IMG/VR virus record: IMGVR_UViG_3300042502_001233
Location: 124,001-188,000 of that record
DNA: 64,000 nt
Reading direction: 5' to 3' (one strand)
Under the pieces are notes generated by a model, which was given only the letters and a program-made list of their open reading frames with translations, did not search any database and was not told the origin of the DNA. This document shows positions 19,681 to 29,352 of the stretch, one piece after another. Made by a program: the position numbers and the translations under genes. The stretch's first letter is position 1; every line of letters begins with the position of its first letter.

Positions 19681-21111
19681 ATGAATAAAAAAGAAAAATT
19701 TATAAATAAAGCAATAATTAAATTTGGTGATAAATTTAATTATGAAGAAATTGATTATATTGATTCTACAAAAAAAATAAAAATAAAATGTAATAAACAT
19801 GACTTATTTTTCTATCAATCCCCGTCTGAACATTTAAGGGGTAAAAATTCTTGTAATGAATGTACTAGAAACCCTAAAGTTAACACAAATTATTTTGTTC
19901 AAAAATCAAAAGAAATTCATGGTGATAAATATGATTATTCATTAACTAACTATATTGATTCATCAACAAAAGTAGATGTTATATGTAAAGAACATGGTGT
20001 TTTTAGTGTATTACCAAATAACCACTACAAACAAAATTGTCCAAAATGTAAAGAAAAAGATAGATATTTAACAACTAAAGATTTTATTGATAAAGCATGT
20101 ACCTTACATAATAAATATGATTATTCTGAAACAGAATATATGAATTCAAAAACTAAAATTAATATAAATTGCAAAGAACATGGTGTTTTTAAACAAATTC
20201 CCAACGACCATTTAAATGGGAAAGGTTGTCCAAAATGTGGTTTAGCTTATAATAAAATGGAAGATGAAATAAAAGAATTTATTAAATCTTTAAACATAAA
20301 TATTATAGAAAATTCAAAACAAATAATATCACCGTTAGAATTAGATATATTTATACCATCACATAATTTAGCTATTGAGTTTGATGGTTTATATTGGCAT
20401 TCTGAAGTTTATAAAGATAAAAATTATCATTTAAAAAAAACTGAACTTTGTCAAAGTAAAAATATTAGGTTAATTCATATATTTGAAGATGAATGGTTAT
20501 CTAAAAAAGAAATAGTTAAATCTAGATTAAAAAATATGTTAGGTTTAACACCAAATAAAATATATGGTAGAAAATGTGTTATAACAAAAGTTACAGCTAA
20601 AGAAACTAAAATATTTTTAGAAAATAATCACATACAAGGTAACGTTAATTCTAAAGTTAGGTTAGGGTTATATTATAATAATGAATTGGTTAGTCTTATG
20701 ACATTTGGCGGGTTAAGAAAAAACCTAGGGAATACATCAAACGAAAATAAATATGAGCTGTTTAGATTTTGTAATTTATCTAATCATATAATAATTGGTG
20801 GTGCAGATAAGTTGCTTAAATATTTTATCAAACATTATAAACCAAAAGAAATAATTAGCTACGCTGACAGAAGATGGTCACAAGGTGATTTATATAATAA
20901 ATTAAATTTTATTTTTTCACATAACACAAAACCAAATTATTTTTATTTGGTTAACGATAAAAGGGAAAATAGATTTAATTATAGAAAAGATATATTGGTC
21001 AAAGAAGGTTTTGATAAAAACAAAACAGAACATGGTATAATGTTAGAAAGAAAATTATATAGAATATATGATTGTGGTAGTATGTGTTTTAAAATTAAAA
21101 TGACCGATTAA
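19681..21111 (+). CDS. Free-standing endonuclease 1 (Zn-ribbon repeats + Vsr/PD-(D/E)XK-like nuclease + GNAT/Mom-like C-terminal domain)
   Basis: Three C..H...H...CPKC repeats; LDIFIP...AIEFDGLYWH; ELFRFC...GGADKL...SYADRRWSQGDLY; antisense to its neighbours. Confidence 0.75.
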   Translation: MNKKEKFINKAIIKFGDKFNYEEIDYIDSTKKIKIKCNKHDLFFYQSPSEHLRGKNSCNECTRNPKVNTNYFVQKSKEIHGDKYDYSLTNYIDSSTKVDVICKEHGVFSVLPNNHYKQNCPKCKEKDRYLTTKDFIDKACTLHNKYDYSETEYMNSKTKININCKEHGVFKQIPNDHLNGKGCPKCGLAYNKMEDEIKEFIKSLNINIIENSKQIISPLELDIFIPSHNLAIEFDGLYWHSEVYKDKNYHLKKTELCQSKNIRLIHIFEDEWLSKKEIVKSRLKNMLGLTPNKIYGRKCVITKVTAKETKIFLENNHIQGNVNSKVRLGLYYNNELVSLMTFGGLRKNLGNTSNENKYELFRFCNLSNHIIIGGADKLLKYFIKHYKPKEIISYADRRWSQGDLYNKLNFIFSHNTKPNYFYLVNDKRENRFNYRKDILVKEGFDKNKTEHGIMLERKLYRIYDCGSMCFKIKMTD

Positions 21112-21123
21112 TCGGTCATTTTA
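21096..21123. terminator. Perfect 28-bp palindrome / bidirectional terminator
   Basis: TAAAATGACCGATTAATCGGTCATTTTA; contains the stop codon of endonuclease 1. Confidence 0.75.
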
Positions 21124-21124
21124 T

Positions 21125-23626
21125 TTAACTTAACATAATTTTTTTTATTCTATTTAATTCTTCCATCAATTTATAGTTCTCATTTAAATCCATACTGTAT
21201 TGACCTTTATCATTTGGTTGAGGTTCAGCACTAGTTTGAGATGGATTTTTTTGTCTAGGCGCTGCACTAACATTTCGTTTTGTTTGTTTAGTTTTACTTT
21301 GTTTACCACTAGCAGCAGCTTGTTTTCTAAGTTTAACCATGTATTGAAACAACGCTATTGAATCATCCAAAAATTGTAATAAATGTTTTTTAAATTTCTT
21401 TCTGTCTTGAGCATTTTTTTCGAATTGTGTTCTAGCAGCATTAGGGTCGGCTTCATTCATTTTACCAATACCACCTAATTTATCAATTAGACCAGATTGT
21501 TTGTATTTACCAGTGTATATTGTTTTGAATATATCATTGATAAAGTTAGCCATATTTTGATATGCTTGTTGGTTTACAGTTACTATGTTGAACATTTTAT
21601 TAAAATCAGTCTTAACTATAGGGTTTTGTCTAAATCTTTCCAAAAATTGGTCAAAAACTTTATCACCAGTTGGTTTAAGGTTTCTAATTTTATTTCTTAA
21701 CTGTTCAACTCTGTTTAATAAATTTTCAAATTCTACAACTCTAGTTGGGCTAACGTTTTTGTTCAAAAACTTAACCAAAGCTTTATCTCTAAAGTATTTT
21801 GCTTCATCCAACATCTCTTCATCCAACAATGCTTCAGCTAAAGTATTTTTAGGTCCTTTACCAAATTTTTTCTCACTGTTAACAATAAAACCAAATAAAT
21901 TACGTAAAGAGTTGTATAAATCATCATTCATTGCTCCATCAGCGCTATTATCAGTTTTTGTTGTTTTTTGTTTTCCAGTATCTACTCCAGTTCCAGTGTC
22001 TACTCCTGTATCTACACCAGTTCCAGTATCTACACCAGTATCTGTACCAGTATCTACACCAGTATCTGTACCAGTATCGTTTCCTGTTTCATCACCTGTT
22101 GGGGCTGGTATCAAACCAACACCACCATCTAACCCACGCATAGATTGATACAACGCGTTAAGTGTTGCAGCTCTTGATGATTTTTGACCTTTCATTCTAA
22201 CCAATTTAACAGCAGCACCAGTAGCTAACAACCCAATACCAACACCAGCTAACACAGGACCTAAACCTATTAACTTACCAGCTAACGCAGTACCAGCTCC
22301 TTTTACAAGCGTTTTAGTTGCTTGTTTAACAACAATAGTTGCAAAGAATTTAGCAGAACTAGATACACCAAATAGGTTTTGTCCACCACTCATACTACCA
22401 AAAGTTTGGTCAGCTTTGTTGAATAAATCACCCATACTAGCTTGAGGGTTAGAACTAATCATTTGTTGTAATTTTTGCATTTGACCCATTGAGTCGCCAC
22501 CACCATTACCATCAAACATGTGACTAACGTTTTCTGAACCAAATTTGTCAACAAATTGCTGCATATCAGCACCAGTTTTAATATCTTTACCCATTAACTT
22601 ACTAGCCCAATGAACAAAACCTTGTTTGTCATCTGGTCCACCAGTAATATCTTGAGTTATAGCTGGTGTTCTAACTATTTTATCACCACCACCTAGTACC
22701 GTTTCTAACCAAGTTTTAAACCATTCAGTTTGAGCCATCCATCCTAATGCACCTAACGCAGCACCAGTTCCAGCCAATATCAATGGTAATTTGTTAGATT
22801 TAAGGGTATCCATCCTTGTACTATCAAAATCTTCACCATCACCTCTTTTAGCTTGTAATTTAGACCTAATATCACCAGAATCTAAAGGGTCTTCGTCAGG
22901 GGCTACGTCTTCATAATCAACATCTTCAATATCGTTATTTGATTTATAGTTACCAGCACTACCTTGTCCACTAACTTTTGGCCCAGTAGTACCCATTTGT
23001 GAATTACCAGTTCTAGCTGGAAGAGCTTCATCTATACCAAAATATTCATCAATTTGACACATTTGTTCTTCATCAAGGTCATATTCTTCATTCATCAAAT
23101 CATCTTCACCTAGTTTGTCTTCACTCTCATCAAAACCAGAATAAACAGCAGCTAAGTCAGTATCTAAGAATTTTTTTGTGTAGTCTCTTAAATCAGTAAT
23201 AATACCATTAGCAGCGTCAATCGGCATATAACCTTCTTCCTGTGGTGCTTTTTTAGTTGCAGCAACAACTGAATCATATATTGCAGCGATTTCCATAACA
23301 GTTTTTAAGAATTGTTGTGGGTCTTTATTATTAGGGAAATCAGGATTTTCTTCTCTAATTTTAGAATCAAGATTTTTAATTAACTCATTACCTTCTTTAT
23401 CAATAATTTGTTGGATTTTTCTTGCAGCTTCTTGGTCAATTTTACCTTTTCCGAAAATTTTACCGTTGGCTTTGTATCTACCTAATTTAGATAATCCGTA
23501 TTTTACAGAATCCCAAAAACCTTCATCTAACCTTTCGTTACCTTCTATCTTTTCTAGTGTTTCTTTAAGGATTTCATTGATGATAACTGTATGTTGTTGT
23601 TCTGTAAGTATTAATTTTTTAGCCAT
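21125..23626 (-). CDS. Putative internal head/ejection protein with hydrophobic helices and DTG repeats
   Basis: 833 aa; leader MAKKLILTEQQ; many (L/I/M)xE motifs; two Gly/Ala-rich hydrophobic stretches. Confidence 0.55.
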   Translation of the reverse strand: MAKKLILTEQQHTVIINEILKETLEKIEGNERLDEGFWDSVKYGLSKLGRYKANGKIFGKGKIDQEAARKIQQIIDKEGNELIKNLDSKIREENPDFPNNKDPQQFLKTVMEIAAIYDSVVAATKKAPQEEGYMPIDAANGIITDLRDYTKKFLDTDLAAVYSGFDESEDKLGEDDLMNEEYDLDEEQMCQIDEYFGIDEALPARTGNSQMGTTGPKVSGQGSAGNYKSNNDIEDVDYEDVAPDEDPLDSGDIRSKLQAKRGDGEDFDSTRMDTLKSNKLPLILAGTGAALGALGWMAQTEWFKTWLETVLGGGDKIVRTPAITQDITGGPDDKQGFVHWASKLMGKDIKTGADMQQFVDKFGSENVSHMFDGNGGGDSMGQMQKLQQMISSNPQASMGDLFNKADQTFGSMSGGQNLFGVSSSAKFFATIVVKQATKTLVKGAGTALAGKLIGLGPVLAGVGIGLLATGAAVKLVRMKGQKSSRAATLNALYQSMRGLDGGVGLIPAPTGDETGNDTGTDTGVDTGTDTGVDTGTGVDTGVDTGTGVDTGKQKTTKTDNSADGAMNDDLYNSLRNLFGFIVNSEKKFGKGPKNTLAEALLDEEMLDEAKYFRDKALVKFLNKNVSPTRVVEFENLLNRVEQLRNKIRNLKPTGDKVFDQFLERFRQNPIVKTDFNKMFNIVTVNQQAYQNMANFINDIFKTIYTGKYKQSGLIDKLGGIGKMNEADPNAARTQFEKNAQDRKKFKKHLLQFLDDSIALFQYMVKLRKQAAASGKQSKTKQTKRNVSAAPRQKNPSQTSAEPQPNDKGQYSMDLNENYKLMEELNRIKKIMLS
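21978..22082 (-). repeat. In-frame DTG(T/V) tandem repeat
   Basis: Encodes DTGTDTGVDTGTDTGVDTGTGVDTGVDTGTGVDTG. Confidence 0.85.
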
Positions 23627-23696
23627 ATTAAACTTTTAATTATAAATATTTGATATTAATTAAAAAGTTCGTATCTTTGTAGATAAAACCATTATT

Positions 23697-23972
23697 ATGA
23701 TTACAAAAGACCAATTATTTGAACAATACGATAAAAAAGTTGACGCTATATTAGATGTGTGTGATTGGAAAACAAATTTTACCAGTGAAGAAGTTTGTGG
23801 TATTGTTTATAAAATCCTAGAACAGAATAAAATAAACACTTCAATACCAGTTGAAGAGTTCCATAATCTTTATTCGGAAGCTGTGGATAAAATATGGACT
23901 AGTGATATAACAATGCGACAAATAACCGACATTGTTTACGATACATTACTTTCTAAGAATATTGTTGAGTAA
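23697..23972 (+). CDS. Hypothetical early protein
   Basis: 91 aa; TTG-N19-TATCTTTG at 23650-23679. Confidence 0.6.
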   Translation: MITKDQLFEQYDKKVDAILDVCDWKTNFTSEEVCGIVYKILEQNKINTSIPVEEFHNLYSEAVDKIWTSDITMRQITDIVYDTLLSKNIVE

Positions 23973-24356
23973 CCCAGATTCAGTCAACTCATCTTCCATA
24001 CCCAAAGCTTTTGCGTATTGATTAAAATTGCTAACTATTTTTTGGTAGTTTTTAATCATTTTTTTGTGTGGTTCAATCATTCCTTTGGTTTCCAAGTCTT
24101 GAATCAATTCTTCGCGCTTTTTAGGGTCTGAAATAATAGTTTTGATGTTAGACATCGCTTTAGTACTGTTAGTGGCTTTATCAGCGTCTATTTTGTTCTG
24201 TTTGGTTAAATTAATACCTAATATCTTTGCAAAACCCATAAGAGTTAACTTATCATGATTAAATGATATTTCTTTGTCTTCCACAAGCATTCTTTCTTTT
24301 TGTTCGTGGATTAAAATTCTTTGATATTGTTCTTTGGTAATCTTTAACTTTGTCAT
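23946..24356 (-). CDS. Putative internal head protein (true start probably MTKLKITKEQY at 24356)
   Basis: Late motif at 24368-24375 lies just upstream of this ATG; same leader as 16375 and 21125. Confidence 0.6.
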   Translation of the reverse strand: MTKLKITKEQYQRILIHEQKERMLVEDKEISFNHDKLTLMGFAKILGINLTKQNKIDADKATNSTKAMSNIKTIISDPKKREELIQDLETKGMIEPHKKMIKNYQKIVSNFNQYAKALGMEDELTESGLLNNILRK

Positions 24357-24432
24357 AATCTTTTTACTATAAATATCATATAAAACAAAAAAGCTCCCAT
24401 ATTTGGAAGCTTTGATGTTTTGTTTATTTTTA

Positions 24433-24474
24433 TTAGATATTATCAAAAGAAGCACCAGTATTCATGATAACAAA
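24433..24474 (-). pseudogene. Orphan duplicate of the sheath 3' end (FVIMNTGASFDNI*)
   Basis: 42 bp matching 26362-26403 with one synonymous mismatch; 38 bp identical. Confidence 0.9.
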
Positions 24475-24524
24475 ATTTTATTTTTTTTATTGACTTATGT
24501 TATATTTATTAGTATATTTGTATT

Positions 24525-26333
24525 ATGAAAAAAATAAATAAATTTTTAGAAAAATGTAATAATGTACATGGTAATGTATATGATTATTCTTTAGTTAATT
24601 ATATTAATAATAAAACTAAAGTTAAAATAATTTGTTCGATTCATGGTGAATTTGAACAGACACCAGACAAGCATATAAACTCAAAACAAGGATGTCCAAA
24701 ATGTTCGTCAAACTATAAATTAACAAATGAAAATTTTATAACTATATCAAATAAAATCCACAAGAATACTTATAATTATACCAACACAGTTTACTTAAAT
24801 GCAAATTCTGATGTTGATATAATTTGTGAACATCATGGTCTTTTTAAACAAAGACCTAGTGCACATATGTCAGGTCAAGGGTGTCCAAAATGTGCTGGTA
24901 AAAATAAAACCAACAGTGAGGTAGTTAATGAATTTGTTACTGTTCATAAAGATAAATACGATTATTCTTTAGTTAATTATGTTAACCAAAAAACACCATT
25001 AAAAATACTATGTAAAGAACATGGTATTTTTGAACAAACCTATAACACACATAAAAACGGTCACGGGTGTCCAAAATGTGTTGGTAGGAATAAAACAAAC
25101 GAACAATTTATTAAACAAGCAAAAAAAATACACAATAATAAATACAATTATTCGTTGGTTGATTATAATAAATCCAACGATAAAATAAAAATTATATGTC
25201 CAATTCATGGTGAATTTGAACAAAATTCAAACAACCACTTAAATGGAAATGGTTGTCCAAAATGTAAGGGGTTATCAATAATAGAAAAAAAGACAAAGAC
25301 AACTGAACAGTTTATAAGTGAAGCTAAACTTGTTCATGGTGATAAATATGATTATTCTTTAGTTGAATATAAAAATTGTAAAGATTGTATTAAAATTAAA
25401 TGTGTAGAACATGGTGAGTTTGAACAAACACCAGAAATACATTTATCTGGTTGTGGTTGTCAAAAATGTGGTTTTAAATACAATTATAACGAAATCATGA
25501 TAAGCGATTTTATTAAAAGTTTAAATATAAAGACAATTAATAATTCTAGAAAAATAATATCACCACTAGAATTAGATATATTTATACCATCACATAATGT
25601 AGCAATTGAATACAACGGTTTATATTGGCATAGTGAAATAAATAAACCATCTAACTATCATTTAAATAAAACTGAAATGTGTGAAAAACAAGGTATTCAG
25701 TTAATCCATATTTTTGAAGATGAATGGTTATACAAACAAGATATTGTAAAATCTAGACTAAAAAATATATTAGGGTTAACACCCAATAAAATATATGCTA
25801 GAAAATGTGTTATAAAAGAAATAGATATTGAAACATCAAAAAAATTTTTAAATGAAAACCATATTCAAGGTAATGTAAATAGTAGTATTAAAATCGGATT
25901 GTTTTATAATAATGTGTTAGTCAGTTTAATGACATTTGGTAAGGGTAGGATAGCCCTAGGTGGTAATTCAAATCAATTTGAATTGCTTAGATTTTGTAAT
26001 AAATTAGAATCTATCGTTATTGGTGGTGCAGATAAATTACTTAAATATTTTATAAAAACCTATAACCCAAAAGAAATAATTAGTTATGCTGATAGAAGAT
26101 GGAGTCAAGGTGGTTTATACGATAAATTAAACTTTATTAAAACTCATAACTCACAACCAAATTATTGGTATATTAACAATAATCGAAGAGAATATAGATT
26201 TGGTTATAGAAAATCAATACTAGTTAAAAAAGGTTTTAACCCAAATAAAACCGAACACCAAATTATGTTAGATAGAAAAATATACCGAATTTATGATTGC
26301 GGTAATATAGCATACAAAAAAACCCTCTATTAA
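24525..26333 (+). CDS. Free-standing endonuclease 2, paralogue of 19681..21111
   Basis: 602 aa; five Zn-ribbon repeats; the same IISPLELDIFIPSHN and IHIFEDEWL nuclease region and GNAT-like tail. Confidence 0.75.
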   Translation: MKKINKFLEKCNNVHGNVYDYSLVNYINNKTKVKIICSIHGEFEQTPDKHINSKQGCPKCSSNYKLTNENFITISNKIHKNTYNYTNTVYLNANSDVDIICEHHGLFKQRPSAHMSGQGCPKCAGKNKTNSEVVNEFVTVHKDKYDYSLVNYVNQKTPLKILCKEHGIFEQTYNTHKNGHGCPKCVGRNKTNEQFIKQAKKIHNNKYNYSLVDYNKSNDKIKIICPIHGEFEQNSNNHLNGNGCPKCKGLSIIEKKTKTTEQFISEAKLVHGDKYDYSLVEYKNCKDCIKIKCVEHGEFEQTPEIHLSGCGCQKCGFKYNYNEIMISDFIKSLNIKTINNSRKIISPLELDIFIPSHNVAIEYNGLYWHSEINKPSNYHLNKTEMCEKQGIQLIHIFEDEWLYKQDIVKSRLKNILGLTPNKIYARKCVIKEIDIETSKKFLNENHIQGNVNSSIKIGLFYNNVLVSLMTFGKGRIALGGNSNQFELLRFCNKLESIVIGGADKLLKYFIKTYNPKEIISYADRRWSQGGLYDKLNFIKTHNSQPNYWYINNNRREYRFGYRKSILVKKGFNPNKTEHQIMLDRKIYRIYDCGNIAYKKTLY

Positions 26334-26344
26334 GAGGGTTTTTT
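26317..26344. terminator. Bidirectional terminator containing the endonuclease 2 stop codon
   Basis: AAAAAACCCTCT-atta-AGAGGGTTTTTT. Confidence 0.75.
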
Positions 26345-26361
26345 ATTTATTATTTTAATAA

Positions 26362-29202
26362 TTATATATTATCAAAAGAAGCACCAGTATTCATGATAAC
26401 AAACTCAAGTTGAATAAACTCTAAAGCTCTAGTTGGCTTCAAGAAAATTTGACCTGTAAGTTGATTTCTGTCGATATCTTCTGGGTCGTTTGAAAGAACC
26501 ACTCTAAAGTCTGTAAGACCTCTTTCACTTCTAATGTTATCTAAGATTGGGTTAACCAACGCTAAGAATTGATTTCTAACCACGTTATCATTTTGTTCAA
26601 ACAACAATCTGATAGAAACAGCAGAGATAAGTTTTCTTGCTTGTAACAACAATCTTCTTACGTTAATTCTGTCAAGAGCAGACTCTTTAACTTGCATTGT
26701 TTTATTACCCCAGATTTTAATACCATCTGTTGTAAACGTAGCGATTGGGTTGATTCTAGCTTCGTACAACGTATCTCTTTCAGCAAGAGTAAGTTTTTTA
26801 CGAGCTTGGATTGCATCAACATCACCTCTGTTAATACCAGCAACCGCGAACCAAGGGAAAGCAATGTTGTCAGTAAGAGCGATGTTTCTAACTACATCTC
26901 TTGTTGGCGGCATCCAAATGTAAACGTTGTTTTCTGTATCGTTTACTTGAATCCATGGCCAATAAGTACAAGAGTAGTTACTATCATACATACCATCTAA
27001 ACGGTCAGAAACTTCTTCAGCGCTTATTACATCACCAGATAAATCAGTATCTGGTGTTGTCATAATGTACAACGAGTCAGCTCTATCTTGTTCAACCATA
27101 TCGATTGTAGCTTCAATTAAGTTGCTGTTGTAATCGTTGTCGATACCTGGGGTTGCGAATACGTTAATATTAACAGCTTCTGGGTTTCTAAATGTCCAAA
27201 TAGCTTCTAGGTAAGCATAGTAATCAGAGTTGATACCAATATCACCGTTAGTAAGAGTTCTATATTTGAATATTTCACTTTGTAAACCAGCTTGTCCGTT
27301 AGTACCATTTACGACGAAACTATCTAAATTACTTCTTCTAGTTCTGTAAATATCCCAACCATCAAAACCACCGTAAGGTACAAATGTAAATTTACGTGCA
27401 AATATTTTTTCATAGTCAGTTCCTAACACACCAGCTTCAGTTCTAAACTCAGCATTACCAGTATCAAATAGGAATACTGGAGAATATGTGTCACCACTTG
27501 AGTTAATAACAATTTTAACATTGTCAATTGTAGCACCAGTAGCGTCAATATCCATGTGGAAACCATGTGTCATACCAGTCCACATATTTGAATCACCAAC
27601 TGTTGGAATACCTTTATAGTCAAAGAAATCAGAATCAATACCTAAAGTCTCAGAAAGACCTAAGAAAACTTTACGTTTATTTTCAAAAGCGCTATACGCT
27701 CTTTTATACGTTAACGTTGGGTCAACAACTGATTGTCCGTTTGAATCGTAATCTCTAATAGGGAAACCAATAAAACCAGCTGGGAAAGTTGTGCTAGTAT
27801 CACTAGTGTCATCCATTTCAATAAGAACGTAAGATGATTTTGAAGGGTATTCACCATTATAAGTACCAATTCTTCTAGCTATATAGTTGTTAGATGTTGG
27901 GTCAAGAGTACAACGACTAAAGCTTTCCAAGATTGTTGGTTGAGCGTCAGTATCGAAATAACTTCTTATAATAACATCAAACTCTTTAGTGTCTAATTTA
28001 ATATTTCTAATAGATATTTTGAATTGTTCGTTAGCAGCGTTACCATCAGAAATAGTCCAAAATCTGAATAATCTCAATACTTTAGTACCACGTAATTCTG
28101 ATACAACATATGGAGTTACAGCTGGGCTGTATTCTTGTAAGTAATCATCAAAACTTCTGTCATAATCAACAAGAGCTTGTTTTAAACCTCTGATTTTACC
28201 AGCTGCTCTGTCATCTTTAAACATTTCTCTATAGAATTCTTCAACAAACAAAGCTGTATTACCATCATCGTTAGTTCTACCTAATACTCTAGGTAAATAA
28301 TTTTGTTTTGTATTATCCATAGATAGTTGGTAACTAAACGCACCTTGTGTTGTTGATGTACCAGTCAATACAAAATCACCAACAGGGTTTGTAGTAGAAG
28401 TTGTAATACTTGTACTGAAATTTACGTTAGTTGAAGCTGTTATTTCAAATGCTGGAGATTGTAAAGTTGGGTCAACAGAACCTCTAGAACGTAACAACGC
28501 AACCAATTTATCTTCAATACCGCTATAAACAGTACCTGAATAAGTTACTGTAACACCAGTTGTAGAACCTGTTACAAAACCACCTGAAGTACCTACTGAA
28601 GTTACTTTTAAATCAAAAGAAATACCGTTAAAATTAGCACCCACTTTTTCATAATAAGGACCAACACTAACAACATCATTTACAGATGAAGTAGCCAAGA
28701 ATGCTAATTCAGAAGTCAATGTACCATCATTGATAAGTGTTTGAATCAAAGGAACTGAAGAAACAACTGTTACGTTAGTACCACCAGTTGTTGCTGTAAA
28801 TGTTATGAAATTTGAAGTTACTGAAGTTCCAGTGTTTGTTGTTACAACCGAAGCTGGGTCCAAAGCAGCATCCAAAGTGATACCCCATGCAAAACCAGCA
28901 TCATATCCAGAAAACCCTAATACTCTAGTTACGAATAATTGGTTTGATTGTGTTAAATATGATTTAGCGATGTATGGTAATTCATATTTAGGTGCCCCTG
29001 TGTCTTTAACTCTAGTCGCATTTTGCCCACCAAAGAAAGATTGGAACTCGCCATAGTTACCAACAAATATAGGTTGGAATGCTGGACCAATTGTAGTCTC
29101 ACCAACTAAACCTAATGTTGTTACACCTATCTGACGTGTGATAAAAGATAAGTCTTTTTCTGAAGTATATACACCAGGACTTACGAATACTTTTGTTGCC
29201 AT
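26362..29202 (-). CDS. Tail sheath protein
   Basis: 946 aa; VFVSPGVYTSEKD, GLVGETTIGPAF, YWPWI, PWFAVAG..RG, WGNKT, LDRINVRRLL, KPTRALEFI. Confidence 0.92.
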   Translation of the reverse strand: MATKVFVSPGVYTSEKDLSFITRQIGVTTLGLVGETTIGPAFQPIFVGNYGEFQSFFGGQNATRVKDTGAPKYELPYIAKSYLTQSNQLFVTRVLGFSGYDAGFAWGITLDAALDPASVVTTNTGTSVTSNFITFTATTGGTNVTVVSSVPLIQTLINDGTLTSELAFLATSSVNDVVSVGPYYEKVGANFNGISFDLKVTSVGTSGGFVTGSTTGVTVTYSGTVYSGIEDKLVALLRSRGSVDPTLQSPAFEITASTNVNFSTSITTSTTNPVGDFVLTGTSTTQGAFSYQLSMDNTKQNYLPRVLGRTNDDGNTALFVEEFYREMFKDDRAAGKIRGLKQALVDYDRSFDDYLQEYSPAVTPYVVSELRGTKVLRLFRFWTISDGNAANEQFKISIRNIKLDTKEFDVIIRSYFDTDAQPTILESFSRCTLDPTSNNYIARRIGTYNGEYPSKSSYVLIEMDDTSDTSTTFPAGFIGFPIRDYDSNGQSVVDPTLTYKRAYSAFENKRKVFLGLSETLGIDSDFFDYKGIPTVGDSNMWTGMTHGFHMDIDATGATIDNVKIVINSSGDTYSPVFLFDTGNAEFRTEAGVLGTDYEKIFARKFTFVPYGGFDGWDIYRTRRSNLDSFVVNGTNGQAGLQSEIFKYRTLTNGDIGINSDYYAYLEAIWTFRNPEAVNINVFATPGIDNDYNSNLIEATIDMVEQDRADSLYIMTTPDTDLSGDVISAEEVSDRLDGMYDSNYSCTYWPWIQVNDTENNVYIWMPPTRDVVRNIALTDNIAFPWFAVAGINRGDVDAIQARKKLTLAERDTLYEARINPIATFTTDGIKIWGNKTMQVKESALDRINVRRLLLQARKLISAVSIRLLFEQNDNVVRNQFLALVNPILDNIRSERGLTDFRVVLSNDPEDIDRNQLTGQIFLKPTRALEFIQLEFVIMNTGASFDNI

Positions 29203-29352
29203 ATTTTTGTCTTTTTTATATGTTATTATTTACTTTATAGTTTTGTTTATTATAAATATTCATTTTTTTTCAAAAGTAGAGTAGACATAGAATATAAATC
29301 AGAATTAGTATGATTTTTTTCATACTTTTGTATACTTATTAGTAAAAACACT

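Larger units (their letters stand above)
24475..26403. mobile_element. Endonuclease 2 cassette bounded by the duplicated sheath 3' end
   Basis: Direct repeat on both sides of the cassette; own promoter (24490-24520) and terminator (26317-26344). Confidence 0.7.

Noticed and set aside
24357-24455. N-terminal extension of ORF 23946..24455 in the track
   Set aside because: It overlaps a late promoter, a terminator and the sheath remnant; the ATG at 24356 fits better.
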